In this document: positions 37,958 to 50,430 of the stretch, piece after piece
Position numbering within the stretch: position 1 is the first letter of the stretch
How the letters are laid out: every line of letters starts with the position of its first letter
Origin: Eledone cirrhosa
Taxonomy: Eukaryota
Assembly: GCA_964016885.1 (NCBI GenBank)
Contig: OZ024740.1
Span: 132,184,001 to 132,248,000 of the forward strand
Length of the DNA: 64,000 nucleotides
Direction: 5' to 3'
Position numbers and translations under genes: made by a program
Notes under the pieces: model-generated
What the model was told of the DNA's origin: nothing
The model's database searches: none
What the model saw: only the letters and a program-made list of their open reading frames with translations

Positions 37958-40429
37958 TCCTTGAATCTCAGTCATTGATGTTGGTTAACTGGAAAGTCCG
38001 TTGGATTGAATATCAAGCCACTACCTTCAGCCTCAGATATTCAGGACGTATCGGAGGGTTCTTGCTGTTCCAAGCAAGCATGCCTTTTGAAGCGTTCCAA
38101 AAAGCGTGAAGGGGCCGATTTTCTTTAACCATCCCTGGAAACTTTTGGAGATAGTCCCCAGTGCGCCTATGACAATCGGGATCACTTTGACTTCATGGCA
38201 GTTCCAAATCCTTTTCACCTCCCACTTTAGGTCCTGGTATCGGTTAATTTTCTCCCTCTCCTTCTCTTGCACTCTCGTGTCGAACGGGCAGGCCACATCC
38301 ACAATCAGACACGATCTTTTTTCTTTGTCCACAACCACCAGGTCAGGTCAATTGTGTTCCAGTTTTTTGTCCGTCTGTATCCTAAAATCCCACAGCACCT
38401 TCACCTGATTGTTCTCCATCACCGCCTCTGGCCTATGCTCATACCATTTCTCAGAATGTGGTAAATTGTTTACTTTGCACAGGTGCCTGTGGATCACCCT
38501 GCCCATCACATCGTGTCTCCAGCCCTTATAGTGGGTCTGGGCTAGGTGTTTACACTCGGACACAATGTGAGCCACAGTCTCCTCTCTCTCTCCACAGATC
38601 CTGCACAGTTGGCTAGCCTCCACCTTGTAGATATGGTGCTTCAACCACTTCGTTTTGAGGGCCTGCTCCTGCGCAGCCATTAGCATTCCTTCTGTAGCCT
38701 TTTTGAGGTCTCCTCTTCTCAACCAGTTCCATGTCTGTGGATCTCTAAATTCAGTTTTCTCAAAGAAGGTACTATGAAGGGATTTTCCCTTAAGGCTGCT
38801 CTTCCTCCTTGATGTTATTTCCTCCTTGGACATCCCCTGACCTACTGTCCCCTCCTTCAGTACAGTTCTGAGCATTGGCTCCTTACTATAGGTCACGTAT
38901 TTGTATAGGTTGTTTTTCTCCATCTGAACACAGTCCTCTATGCTGATAAGACCTCTTCCACCCTCAGATCTCCTTAGGTAGAGTCTATCGACATCACTCC
39001 TCTTGTGGAACATGTTGTAGATAGTCAATAGCTTCCTAGTCTTCCTATCCATTTCTTTTTGTTCAGCAACATTCCATCTCAGAATTCCCGCACTGTACCT
39101 AATAATAGACACAGCTCGGGAATTTACTGCGCTTATGGCATTTCTGCTGTTCAGATGTGACTTCAATACGCTCCTTACTCTTCTAATGTATTCAGTTCTT
39201 AACAATTCCTTCATTTTTTTGTTCTTTATGCCATCAGCCTCCAGAACGCCCAAATACTTGTATCCTTCCTCAGAGTCAATTTCCTTTATCATCTCACCTG
39301 TTGGTATCTGGATCCCGTTACTTCTGCTCAACCGACCCCTCTTCATCACAATGACTCCACATTTACCAATACCAAACTGCATACATATATCACTGCTGAA
39401 AATACGGACAGTGTCAACAAGCACATCCAACTCCTTCTCACTTTTCCCGAAGAGCTTAAGATCGTCCATGAAGAGGAGGTGATTGATGGTAAGCTCTCCC
39501 CTTCCCAACTTGTATCCTGCTCTCACTTTTCGCAGCATAATGGTCAAGGGCATCAGGGCAAGGACAAACAACAGAGGGGACAGGCTATCTCCCTGGAAGA
39601 TACCTCTCTTGATCTTCACGCTTCCCAAGGATACTCCAGTTGATGTCAACTCTGTCTCCCAGGACCCCATACTCCTGCCCAGCAACTGTCTGATGTTATC
39701 TGCCACCCTGAAGATCTCCAGGCTTTTGGTGATCCAGGAATGAGGCACCATGTCAAATGCCTTTCTGTAGTCTATCCATCCCATGGCAAGATCAGTGTGT
39801 CTCCTCCTGCAATTCCCCATTACCATCTTATCAATAAGTAACTGGTCCTTTGTACCACGTGACTTCTTTCGGCATCCTTTCTGTTCGTCCGGTAACAAGT
39901 TGTTTGTGTGGAGGTGATGGTAGATTTCCTCAGACACAATGCTCGTCAACAGTTTCCACATTACGGACAGACATGTGATAGGTCTATAGTTGGTAACATC
40001 ATTACCCTTGATTCGGTCTTTCATTATCAGAACTGTGGTACCTTTTGTCAACCACTCTGGCACCTCACCCGACACCAAGCAGTCATTGAACATGGCCGTC
40101 AGCTTCGGGTGGAGGGATGTTAAATGTTTAATCCAATACCCCTGCACACCATCTGGGCCTGGTGATTTCCAGTTGGTTAGTTTTTGGCCTGCCCTTTAAG
40201 AGTTTCAACTGTGATACTCAAATCAGTTTGTTGTTGTGCCTGCTCACCGATCTCCCTCTGTACTGTCTCAATCCACCCTGCCTGGGCATTGTGTCTAACA
40301 TCCTGCTCCCATATTCCTCTCCAGAATGTTTTAGTTTGCTCCGCCCCAGGGATCAAGTCGTTGCCTCTTTCTTTCCCCTCAAGCTGTCCAAACAGCATCT
40401 TCTGGTTGTTGTCGAACATGCGGTTCTGG

Positions 40430-40430
<1 letters not shown>
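37958..40430 (-). mobile_element. R4/Dong-clade RLE LINE, family B, 5'-truncated (copy B2)
   Basis: 599-aa RT ORF at 40147-38348; a premature TGA sits just before the PD motif; flanked by (TAA)n. Confidence 0.92.
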
Positions 40431-40469
<39 letters not shown>

Positions 40470-42635
40470 TGCATTTATCTTGCTTTATGTTTATACGAGT
40501 TATCACCAAGTCACAACCAGTGACCTCAAGAGACAACAAGGTCCGCCATGTTCAAGAAAGAACACACATATTCACACATGCATCCTTAGTGTTTAGACTT
40601 GTGATGTACTTATATTGACAGGATCTTCCTTAGTATATGGGCAGTTCCCATTAGTACTATCTTTTGTATTTCTCCTATACGCGGGTTTCCTGGGATTTGC
40701 GATAAGTAGTTGTTAGACCCCTTAGGTATCATTCCCAGAGCGCCTACAACCACTGGTATTGTTTTAGTTCTCCATTTCCACATTTTTCCAATTTCTATCT
40801 CCAGGTCCTTATACTTGCTCAATTTTTCAAATGTTTTTATAGATACATTCTTGTCTATTGGAACAGACATATCAATTAGCAGGCATACCCTCCTTTGAAA
40901 GTCCTTCAATATTATATCAGGTCTATTTGCATCTATTTTTCGGTCTGTTTGGATGCTAAGGTTCCACAAGATTGAGATGTGATCTTTTTCAAGTATGGGA
41001 GGTGGTTGATGCTCCCACCAATTCTTTTGATGGGGCAGGTCAAAATGCTTACACATTATCCAATGTATGTATTGTGCAGCTCTGTCATGCCTGTTTAGGT
41101 ATTCGGTTGGAGCTATAGGACTGCACATTGAAATTATATGGTCAATGGTCTCTGGTTGTTTTTTGCATACACGGCATAATGGGCTGCACCCATTTTTTAT
41201 TATGTTGGCTTGGTAATTTTTTGTTGGCAGACACTGATCTTGTGCGGATATAATCAGTCCTTCAGTCTCCGATTTCAGTTCAGAGGATGCCAACCACTGA
41301 TGGGTTAAAGTTTTGTCAACATCAGGACTGTTAGCTCGCTCTGGGTATTTTCCATACAGAGGCTTTTCTTGCCATGTCTTAGCCAGTTTCTGTAGCAGTT
41401 CTTTCTTTGCAGTTACTTTTACCTGATTTGCTTTTTCTGTGTTTTCCATTTCAGCAGTAAATGGGACTTCTGAAATTTGTAGTCCATTACTGTATCTTTG
41501 TGCATCTTTTGTAATGGAATATGATCTTTTGGTGCTTTCGTGTTTCAAAACGAGTTTGATCATCCAATCATGTGATTCCCTTAGATATGTGGATAATCCA
41601 ATTGTTGCAGTTTTCAACGCAATGTCTAACTGGATTAACCCACGTCCTCCTTCTTTCCTAGGGAGATATATTCTATCTATGTCTGCCTTAGGGTGATGCA
41701 TTCTGTGCATGGTTAAGAATTTTCGGATTTTTGTATCGAGCCTACGGATCTCTGTGCTCGACCAGTTGATGACATTGTAACTGTAGGTTACTACTGGTAT
41801 GGCAAGCGTGTTTATGGCATCGATCCTATTCCTTGCATTCAATTCCGTTCTTAAGATTGCTCTGACTCTGCGGTAACATTCCTTCCTTATCCTTTCCCTC
41901 ATTGTCGAGTGCTTGATTCCGTCTCCTTCACAAACACCTAGATATTTGTAAGTTTGTTCTTGATCAAGCTCTCTTATCACGTTCCCCCGATCAAGATTAA
42001 TGTCTGAACTCTTCAGCAGCTTTCCTCTGGTGAACGTTGCTTTGGCGCATTTATCCAGTCCAAACTCCATTTTAATGTCATCACTGAACTGCTTCACAGT
42101 GGATAATAGCCCTTGCAATTGTTCATCATTTTTTGCAATAGTTTCAGGTCATCCATGTAGAACAGGTGATTAATGGTTTTGTCATAGACTCTATATCCAT
42201 GTTTTGTTTCATTGAGCATTTTACTTAATGGTATAAATGCGATGCAGAATAAAAGCGGTGATAAAGAGTCACCCTGAAAAATTCCACAATTAATGTTAAC
42301 TTCTCCAGCTTCCAGTGATTTTGTTTCACTATTCAAAAGGAGTGTCGTTCTCCATGTCCTCATACTGAATGACAAAAACCTCCTGATAACGGGGGATATT
42401 TTGAAAATCTCTAAACATTTTTCAATCCAACTGTGTGGCAAACTATCAAATGCTTTTTTATAATCTATCCAAACAATCGATAGATTTTTGTGTCTATTAT
42501 GACAATCTTCCAGGATCATTTTGTTAACCAGAAGCTGATCCTTACAGCCATATGAGCCTCGTTTACACCCTTTCTGCTCAATGGGAAATAGGTCATTTGT
42601 TATCAGGTGGTCATATGTGTATTCAGTTAGGACTG
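40470..42635 (-). mobile_element. R4/Dong-clade RLE LINE, family A, 5'-truncated (copy A2)
   Basis: ORFs 42519-42094 and 42118-40610 (one frameshift); CRVCKKQPETIDHIISMC and NRPDII..IDMSVP; 3'UTR same as A1; flanked by (TAA)n. Confidence 0.92.
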
Positions 42636-42677
42636 ATTATTATTATTATTATTATTATTATTATTGTTATTGTTATT

Positions 42678-45600
42678 CCTTGAATCTCAGTCATTGATGT
42701 TGGTTAACTGGAAAGTCCGTTGGATTGAATATCAAGCCACTACCTGCAGCCTCAGATATTCAGGACGTATCGGAGGGTTCTTGCCGTTCCAAGCAAGCAT
42801 GCCTTTTGAAGCGTTCCAAAAAGCGTGAAGGGGCCGATTTTCTTTAACCATCCCTGGAAACCTTTGGAGATAGTCCCCAGTGCGCCTATGACAATCGGGA
42901 TCACTTTGACTTCATGGCAGTTCCAAATCCTTTTCACCTCCCACTTTAGGTCCTGGTATCGGTTAATTTTCTCCCTCTCCTTCTCTTGCACTCTCGTGTC
43001 GAACGGGCAGGCCACATCCACAATCAGGCACGATCTTTTTTCTTTGTCCACAACCACCAGGTCAGGTCTATTGTGTTCCAGTTTTTTGTCCGTCTGTATC
43101 CTAAAATCCCACAGCACCTTCACCTGACTGTTCTCCATCACCGCCTCTGGACTATGCTCATACCATTTCTCAGAATGTGGTAGATTGTTTACTTTGCACA
43201 GGTGCCAGTGGATCACCCTGCCCATCACATCGTGTCTCCAGCCCTTATAGTGGGTCTGGGCTAGGTGTTTACACTCGGACACAATGTGAGCCACAGTCTC
43301 CTCTCTCTCTCCACAGATACTGCACAGTGGGCTAGCCTCCTCCTTGTAGATATGGTGCTTCAACCACTTCGTTTTGAGGGCCTGCTCCTGCGCAGCCATT
43401 AGCATTCCTTCTGTAGCCTTTTTGAGGTCTCCTCTTCTCAACCAGTTCCATGTCTGTGGATCTCTAAATTCAGTTTTCTCAAAGAAGGTACTATGAAGGG
43501 ATTTTCCCTTAAGGCTGCTCTTCCTCCTTGATGTTATTTCCTCCTTGGGTATCCCCTGGCCTACTGTCCCCTCCTTCAGTACAGCTCTGAGCATTGGCTC
43601 CTTACTATAGGTCACGTATTTGTATAGGTTGTTTTTCTCCATCTGAACACAGTCCTCTATGCTGATAAGACCTCTTCCACCCTCAGATCTCCTTAGGTAG
43701 AGTCTATCGACATCACTCCTCTTGTGGAACATGTTGTAGATAGTCAATAGCTTCCTAGTCTTCCTATCCATTTCTTTTTGTTCAGCAACATTCCATCTCA
43801 GAATTCCCGCACTGTACCTAATAATAGACACAGCTCGGGAATTTACTGCGCTTATGGCATTTCTGCTGTTCAGATGTGACTTCAATACGCTCCTTACTCT
43901 CCGAATGTATTCAGTTCTTAACAATTCCTTCATTTTTTTGTTCTTTATGCCATCAGCCTCCAGAACGCCCAAATACTTGTATCCTTCCTCAGAGTCAATT
44001 TCCTTTATCATCTCACCTGTTGGTATCTGGATCCCGTTACTTCTGCTCAACCTACCCCTCCTCATCACAATGACTCCACATTTACCAATACCAAACTGCA
44101 TACATATATCACTGCTGAAAATACGGACAGTGTCAACAAGCACATCCAACTCCTTCTCACTTTTCCCGAAGAGCTTAAGATCGTCCATGAAGAGGAGGTG
44201 ATTGATGGTAAGCTCTCCCCTTCCCAACTTGTATCCTGCTCTCACTTTTCGCAGCATAATGGTCAAGGGCATCAGGGCAAGGACAAACAACAGAGGGGAC
44301 AGGCTATCTCCCTGGAAGATACTTCTCTTGATCTTCACGCTTCCCAAGGATACTCCAGTTGATGTCAACTCTGTCTCCCAGGACCCCATACTCCTGCCCA
44401 GCAACTGTCTGATGTTATCTGCCACCCTGAAGATCTCCAGGCTTTTGGTGATCCAGGAATGAGGCACCATGTCAAATGCCTTTCTGTAGTCTATCCATCC
44501 CATGGCAAGATCAGTGTGTCTCCTCCTGCAATTCCCCATTACCATCTTATCAATAAGCAACTGGTCCTTTGTACCACGTGACTTCTTTCGGCATCCTTTC
44601 TGTTCGTCCGGCAACAAGTTGTTTGTGTGGAGGTGATGGTAGATTTCCTCAGACACAATGCTCGTCAACAGTTTCCACATTACGGGCAGACATGTGATAG
44701 GTCTATAGTTGGTAACATCATTACCCTTGATTCGGTCTTTCATTATCAGAACTGTGGTACCTTTTGTCAACCACTCTGGCACCTCACCCGACACCAAGCA
44801 GTCATTGAACATGGCCGTCAGCTTCGGGTGGAGGGATGTTAAATGTTTAATCCAATACCCCTGCACACCATCTGGGCCTGGTGATTTCCAGTTGGTTAGT
44901 TTTTTGGCTTGCCCCTTAAGAGTTTCAACTGTGATACTCAAATCAGTCTGTTGCTGTGCCTGCTCACCGATCTCCCTCTGTACTGTCTCAATCCACCCTG
45001 CCTGGGCATTGTGTCTAACATCCTGCTCCCATATTCCTCTCCAGAATGTTTTAGCTTGTTCCGCCCCAGGGATCAAGTCGGTGCCTCTTTCTTTCCCCTC
45101 AAGCTGTCCAAACAGCATCTCTGGTTGTTGTCGAACATGCGGTTCTGTTTATACTGACTGACTCTGTTCTCGTATCGCCTGATTTTGGCACTCTTTGCTA
45201 CAATGCGTTGCTTCAATTCCTCTATGATAATATTTAGCTTTTTACTCCTAGTTTTGTATTTTATTTCCAGTCTATTTTTAGTGCCTATGTTTTTTAGTGT
45301 CCCATTCAGTAGTGACTCAAGCTTTCCTATGTCATTTCTCATTTCCCCGATTTGCCCACTCAGTCGCTTCTTCCACCACGGCTCTGCTCTTTCTTGTCTG
45401 TTGTTTCCTCTCGCTTTTATACCAAGTAGTTTCCTCACCGTATTTGCTGTTGCTTTGAGGATATTGTTGCACTGGTGAAGACTCCTCGCCTCAAGTTATG
45501 GGATGACTTTGTTTACCTTAGCTGTTGTTTCTTTTAACTTTTTCCTGTCTACAAATCTTAGGTTCATAGGTCTCCCACTATCATTGTTCAACTCATCTAC

Positions 45601-46563
45601 CACTAAATTTAGGATGTCAACCGAATCTTGTCCTAGCCCGTCAGCATTCATCTCCTCAGTGGCCGTATCTCTGTTCCAGGTATTATTTATCTCAGTATTC
45701 AGATCATTGTCTGCTTCGGGTGGTTCCTCCGCTCTCAGGACCTCCTCACCTTCATTTCCCGCCGGCTCGCTTGTCTGGCATACTACACCCGCCATCTCCA
45801 AGCCATTCTCTCTGCTCAGTTCCTCCAGTTCCAGCTCGCTTATCCACCCATTAGTTCTTATTACCCGAGCCTGCCCGGCCAATTTTTGTTCATCTAATTT
45901 AAATAAACCAATCTCGTTCCAGATGTTATGCATCCGTCTCCTGTAGCCCCTCTCCTTGGGGTTACTTTTCAGGTAGCATTGCATAACAGTTCTATTCAAT
46001 TCTTTCGTCCAGTTGGTTCTGGCCCCTTTCCTTCTTCTTCTTCCTCCAACATCAGCAGTATTTCGTTGACAGTCAGGTTCCTGCTGCTGAGCCAGGGGGC
46101 ATCTGTTGGGTGAGAGTCTGTCACATGACGTTCTAGTCTCCATTTCACCGTTATTCGAACTGTTTATGTTCGATATTTAAACACTCTTATCGAGGATTGG
46201 CGAATGTATGTTTACATAGCCATCTGTGGATCCGCCATCCCACTTGGCCCTTGTGTGGCATTATCACCACGCTGTATACGGACACACATAAACAAACAAA
46301 CACACGGGCAGAAAGGGCCCCAAAAATGAATAAGCATAAGTTTCATTGTAATGTAGTATTCGAATGTCTGACTTAGTTTTTGTTTTTTAAGTTTTACTTT
46401 TTCCCCCCTCTTCTCTGTCCGTCCGCCTGCTTCTCTCTTCATTCTTATTTTCTTTACGTTTTTGGGGTTTCTTTTTTTGTTTTTGTTTTTCTCTGTTTTT
46501 CTCGTTTTTTACTGTTGTTGCTGTGCTGCTTTTGTTGTTTGTTTTTTCTTTCTTTTTTCTTTT
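42678..46563 (-). mobile_element. R4/Dong-clade RLE LINE, family B, near full-length (copy B3)
   Basis: The single ORF is broken by a TAC>TAA stop at ~45496 and a 1-nt deletion at ~45120 relative to B1. The 3' end abuts (TAA)n. Confidence 0.92.
42752..45118 (-). CDS. Reverse transcriptase, CCHC finger and restriction-like endonuclease (788-aa open segment of the Dong-like ORF)
   Basis: KSPGPDG, YRPITCL, WIDYRKAFD, FQGDSLSP, FMDDLK, CSICGEREETVAHIVSEC, RHD, NRPDLVVVD...IVDVACP...EKINRY. Confidence 0.9.
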   Translation of the reverse strand: MLFGQLEGKERGTDLIPGAEQAKTFWRGIWEQDVRHNAQAGWIETVQREIGEQAQQQTDLSITVETLKGQAKKLTNWKSPGPDGVQGYWIKHLTSLHPKLTAMFNDCLVSGEVPEWLTKGTTVLIMKDRIKGNDVTNYRPITCLPVMWKLLTSIVSEEIYHHLHTNNLLPDEQKGCRKKSRGTKDQLLIDKMVMGNCRRRHTDLAMGWIDYRKAFDMVPHSWITKSLEIFRVADNIRQLLGRSMGSWETELTSTGVSLGSVKIKRSIFQGDSLSPLLFVLALMPLTIMLRKVRAGYKLGRGELTINHLLFMDDLKLFGKSEKELDVLVDTVRIFSSDICMQFGIGKCGVIVMRRGRLSRSNGIQIPTGEMIKEIDSEEGYKYLGVLEADGIKNKKMKELLRTEYIRRVRSVLKSHLNSRNAISAVNSRAVSIIRYSAGILRWNVAEQKEMDRKTRKLLTIYNMFHKRSDVDRLYLRRSEGGRGLISIEDCVQMEKNNLYKYVTYSKEPMLRAVLKEGTVGQGIPKEEITSRRKSSLKGKSLHSTFFEKTEFRDPQTWNWLRRGDLKKATEGMLMAAQEQALKTKWLKHHIYKEEASPLCSICGEREETVAHIVSECKHLAQTHYKGWRHDVMGRVIHWHLCKVNNLPHSEKWYEHSPEAVMENSQVKVLWDFRIQTDKKLEHNRPDLVVVDKEKRSCLIVDVACPFDTRVQEKEREKINRYQDLKWEVKRIWNCHEVKVIPIVIGALGTISKGFQGWLKKIGPFTLFGTLQKACLLGTARTLRYVLNI

Positions 46564-47140
46564 GAGTCTATCTATATATTTTGATGCCTTCCTCTTTGTT
46601 AGTAGTAGGAATTCTATAATGTGGAAGTGGTAGCCAGCAGAGACTAGCGGCGTTGGCGATACTGAGACAGTGGTGGCGGTGATGTCGATACCGAGGCAGT
46701 GGTGGCGGTGATGCGACCGTATTACTGTAGTGATGGTGCTGTAGCGGTGGCAGCAGCAGTGAAGGAGTCAGGGGGTGGTGGCGGCGGTGATGGGATAGTG
46801 GTGGTAATGATGGCCGTAGTGAGCGGTGGCGGTGAAGGTGAAAATGCTGTTGTGTTTAGTGTACACAGATGATGGGGTGGGTGGTGTATCTAGTTTCTGG
46901 TGCTGGTGAGTTTCGCTGTCCTATATAGTGTAGCCAGAGGAGAGGAGGGGGGGGGGTTCTTCTTCTTCCATTTATAGCCATTTTATTTTTTATTTTTTTT
47001 TTTTTTTTTTGGATATACAGTGTACAATACAAAGTTGAATATTTGAATATTTGAGCATTATAACAATATATTTTGGGTCCGAATTTTTTGACTCTGATCA
47101 CCAATCTATAAACTCTGTCGAGTAACCATAGTCAAAGACA

Positions 47141-47204
<64 letters not shown>

Positions 47205-47715
47205 CTTCTTCGTCTTCTAGGGCTGTGGTGGCTGAAACCTGAAATACTCATTTCATGTCAGAAGCCCCCATCTCCAATTAATCCTGCTGGATTACCAAGT
47301 GAAACCAGTCGAGCATCTTTCTCGAGGTCTAATTCTGGGCAACCCGCCGGTCGGTTTTGCCCGTATCAACTGCTCAGTGATTCTTTCCTGGGATATTCTA
47401 TCCACATGCCCGTAATACGGGAGTTATGTTCTCCCAATTCGGAGAATTGACGACTCTACCTGGAGTGACTCTGATCACCAATCTATAAACTCTGTCGAGT
47501 AACCATAGTCAAAGACATATTCGTTGGAACACCATTTCGGCTGTTTGGATTCGGGACCGTATTTGTTCGGTCATTAGGCAAGATTCATGAACATAATTAA
47601 TGGTTGAACTGAAGATAGAGTGTTTGGCTTTTACACCCACCTTTCTTCTGATTAGCGAATGCTGGAGCTGGCGCACCAACTCTTGCAAATATTGCACTTC
47701 ATCCACCCGCCTGGT
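47141..47715 (-). mobile_element. RTE-clade LINE 3' remnant next to a (TAA)n tract
   Basis: KAKHSIF..YVHESCLMTEQIRSRIQTAEM and YYGHVDRISQER..PTGGLPRIRPRERC, typical of an RTE RT C-terminus; (TAT)n at 47141-47202. Confidence 0.75.
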
Positions 47716-48965
47716 TTGAAGTAAATTAAATATATTTTCTAATACTTGTCAAACAGTGGAGACAACTTTATATCTGCTTATAAATAGCCATTGTGAGGTG
47801 AGTTAGGGACATATAAGGAAAAAACCTTGCTCTGAAGGCAACTTTAGAAATATGTGTAATTTAATTGAGTTCAATGCATTTAACTCAATTCAAACAATAG
47901 CAGACCGATTAAATAGTAGAAGATACGAGCAAGCTGCTGTCAACATTAAAGCGCTACATATAGCTGTTCTTATTTCATTAATCCTGAAGTGTACTGGATT
48001 GATAGAACTGTTAGAACGTCCAAGGAAATGTATTTCAGTATATGTACCATCTGAGAAGATGAGATTAAAATAATTAATTCATATAATAAAAGTTAAAAAA
48101 AAGAAAAGAAAATGAAATCGAAATTACATTTTGCATGACGTTTATAGGTGCATTCTGAAAACTTAACAGCAAAATCTGATGTAATAACAGAATACTTTAA
48201 AAAATGCAAATATGAATAAAACACAAAACAAAATATATCCAAACAATAACAATAAATCAGAATTCGCATAATTAGATACGTTCAAACAAAACATGCACAA
48301 AATAGGTAGCAATACAGTGTAACATCATATCTCTGCATACATACTCAATACTAACCAGCAAAAATAGAAAAATACAGGGTAAAGTATAAATACGTGTGAA
48401 TATAAGATATATGTAAATATTATAAAACAAAATATCCGTAATTTGTAAAAAAGCGTTTTGTTTAAATCACAAATACGTGTGAATATGGGAAATGTGTAAA
48501 TGTTGATAGGTTTAAGGTTGGGAATTGAGAACATGAAAATATTCTAAAACAAAATACATATAATGTTATTTTTAAAAAGCGTCAACGTTAAATAACAAAA
48601 CATCAATTGCTTTAAAATAACGAAAACTATTGTTTGAAAAGTCTAACTCCAAATTAAAATCATTTCATGGAGCATTAGTTAGTATCAAACGAATAGGTAG
48701 TAACAACGAAAATAGATATAGAATTATATTGATATACACGTAATGTTCAAATACGCCAAATTTTGCAATAGACTTGTACAAAAATATATGGAAAACGAAC
48801 AAATTTGCTTTAATGTAAATGCTCACAATAACAGGGCCACATTCCCACAACATATTCGAAGTATCCATTAGAGTGTTTAAAACGATCAAATAAAATGAAC
48901 CTTGAATATATGAAAATCTCCCTAGAATGCAAAACAATTTGCAAACATTATAATGATGTATTGAA

Positions 48966-49390
48966 AGGCGGTGGATTGGCAGTATCGGTAGAGGGTCGGA
49001 CGCCATGCTTTGACGCATAGAGTTACGTCCCTTGCCATTCTGAGTTCAAATCTCGCCGAGGTTAAATGTGCCTTTCATCCTTACGGGGTCGATAAAATAA
49101 AGTACCAGTAATACACTGGGTAATTGCTGGCCTTGTGCCAAAAGTAGAAACAATTATAATGATGTATTGAAAGAGCTAAAAATGTTTCATCAAGCAAAAA
49201 TTACTCCATAAGCCTACAAACTACAGGTCTATGACATACTTTCAAAACACATGCACATTCATAACTGCAATAAATTATTATTTAAGCCGAGGTTGACTTT
49301 GCCTTTCATCCTTACGGGGTCGATAAAATAAAGTACCAGTAATGCACTGGTAATTGCTGGCCTTGTGCCTAAAGTAGAAACAATTATTTA
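48966..49390 (+). mobile_element. tRNA-derived SINE: full copy (48966-49158) and partial copy (49285-49390)
   Basis: aggcggtggattggcagtatcggtag...gagttcaaatc...cctttcatccttacggggtcgataaaataaagtaccag. Confidence 0.85.
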
Positions 49391-50087
49391 AGAAGTATTG
49401 ATGAGGACTACAATTGCGTGATGTTAGATAGAGTTGAGATAGAACATTCTGAAATGTATGTAAAAGGTTTTAATGGGTGGATGGAATGACACCTTAAATT
49501 TAAAAAAAACGGATCAGAAAATGGTTACCGTAAAAACACATGGAGTAAGTAATGAGACGACGATTATCAGTTCATTCCTCTAATCTGCAATAAATTGATA
49601 TATAAAATAAATTGATATACAGAATAAATTGATATATAAAAGTAAATTGGCAAAACGTATTCCCTTAGGGATTTATGAACTATACGAATTGACAAAGATT
49701 TCATGAACGTTCGGTAGGGAATAGGTCAGGAAATAGATTTGTAGTTCATTCTTTAAAATTTGCAAGAAAGCTCCCATGGTTTGACATAAATTGATCGTTT
49801 CCCGAAAGGCGTAAAATAAATGTTTGTGAGTCCATGTGTGATTGATCTATTCTTAATGTCTATATTATGATATGACCAAATAATTATTCACACCAATGCA
49901 ATTTCATAGAAGTTATGGGCTTATATGTGCATTAGGTTAACGTGTTTTGTTGAGACCAACAATGGAATGTATACAAAAACAAAAACTGCTTTTGAAACTT
50001 AAGCGTGCCAGGAATAGGAACCATACAGGGTAGTACAACAACTCTAATATAAAGCAGGACATCGTTTCTTCTGAACAATAAATAGAA

Positions 50088-50430
50088 TCTCTTCTTCTTC
50101 TTCTTCTTCTTCTTCTTCTTCTTCTTCTTCTTCTTCTTCTTCTTCTTCTTCTTCTTCTTCTGCGCTCCTTTATTCCTGAAAGTGTCGTGGGGTAGTGTCC
50201 CCAAATATCTCTTCCAGTGGGCCCTGTCAGGCGAAGCAGTCTCAAACTCTCAAACTCTCAAACTGATCCGACTGGATCCCCAAGCGAGACCTGTCAAGCT
50301 GATGGATGTTATACAACCACCGTGCTTTTGTTCGTATCATGGTTGATATACAACCACCACTTCGCTTGGTTTTGCCCGTAAAATATGTCCAATGATTTTT
50401 TTGCTGATACTTTCTAAACACTTTCATCGG
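50088..50430 (-). mobile_element. RTE-clade LINE 3' remnant with (GAA)n tail
   Basis: TGKTKR...KARWLYNIHQLDRSRLGI resembles the RTE C-terminus; (CTT)n at 50088-50161. Confidence 0.6.
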
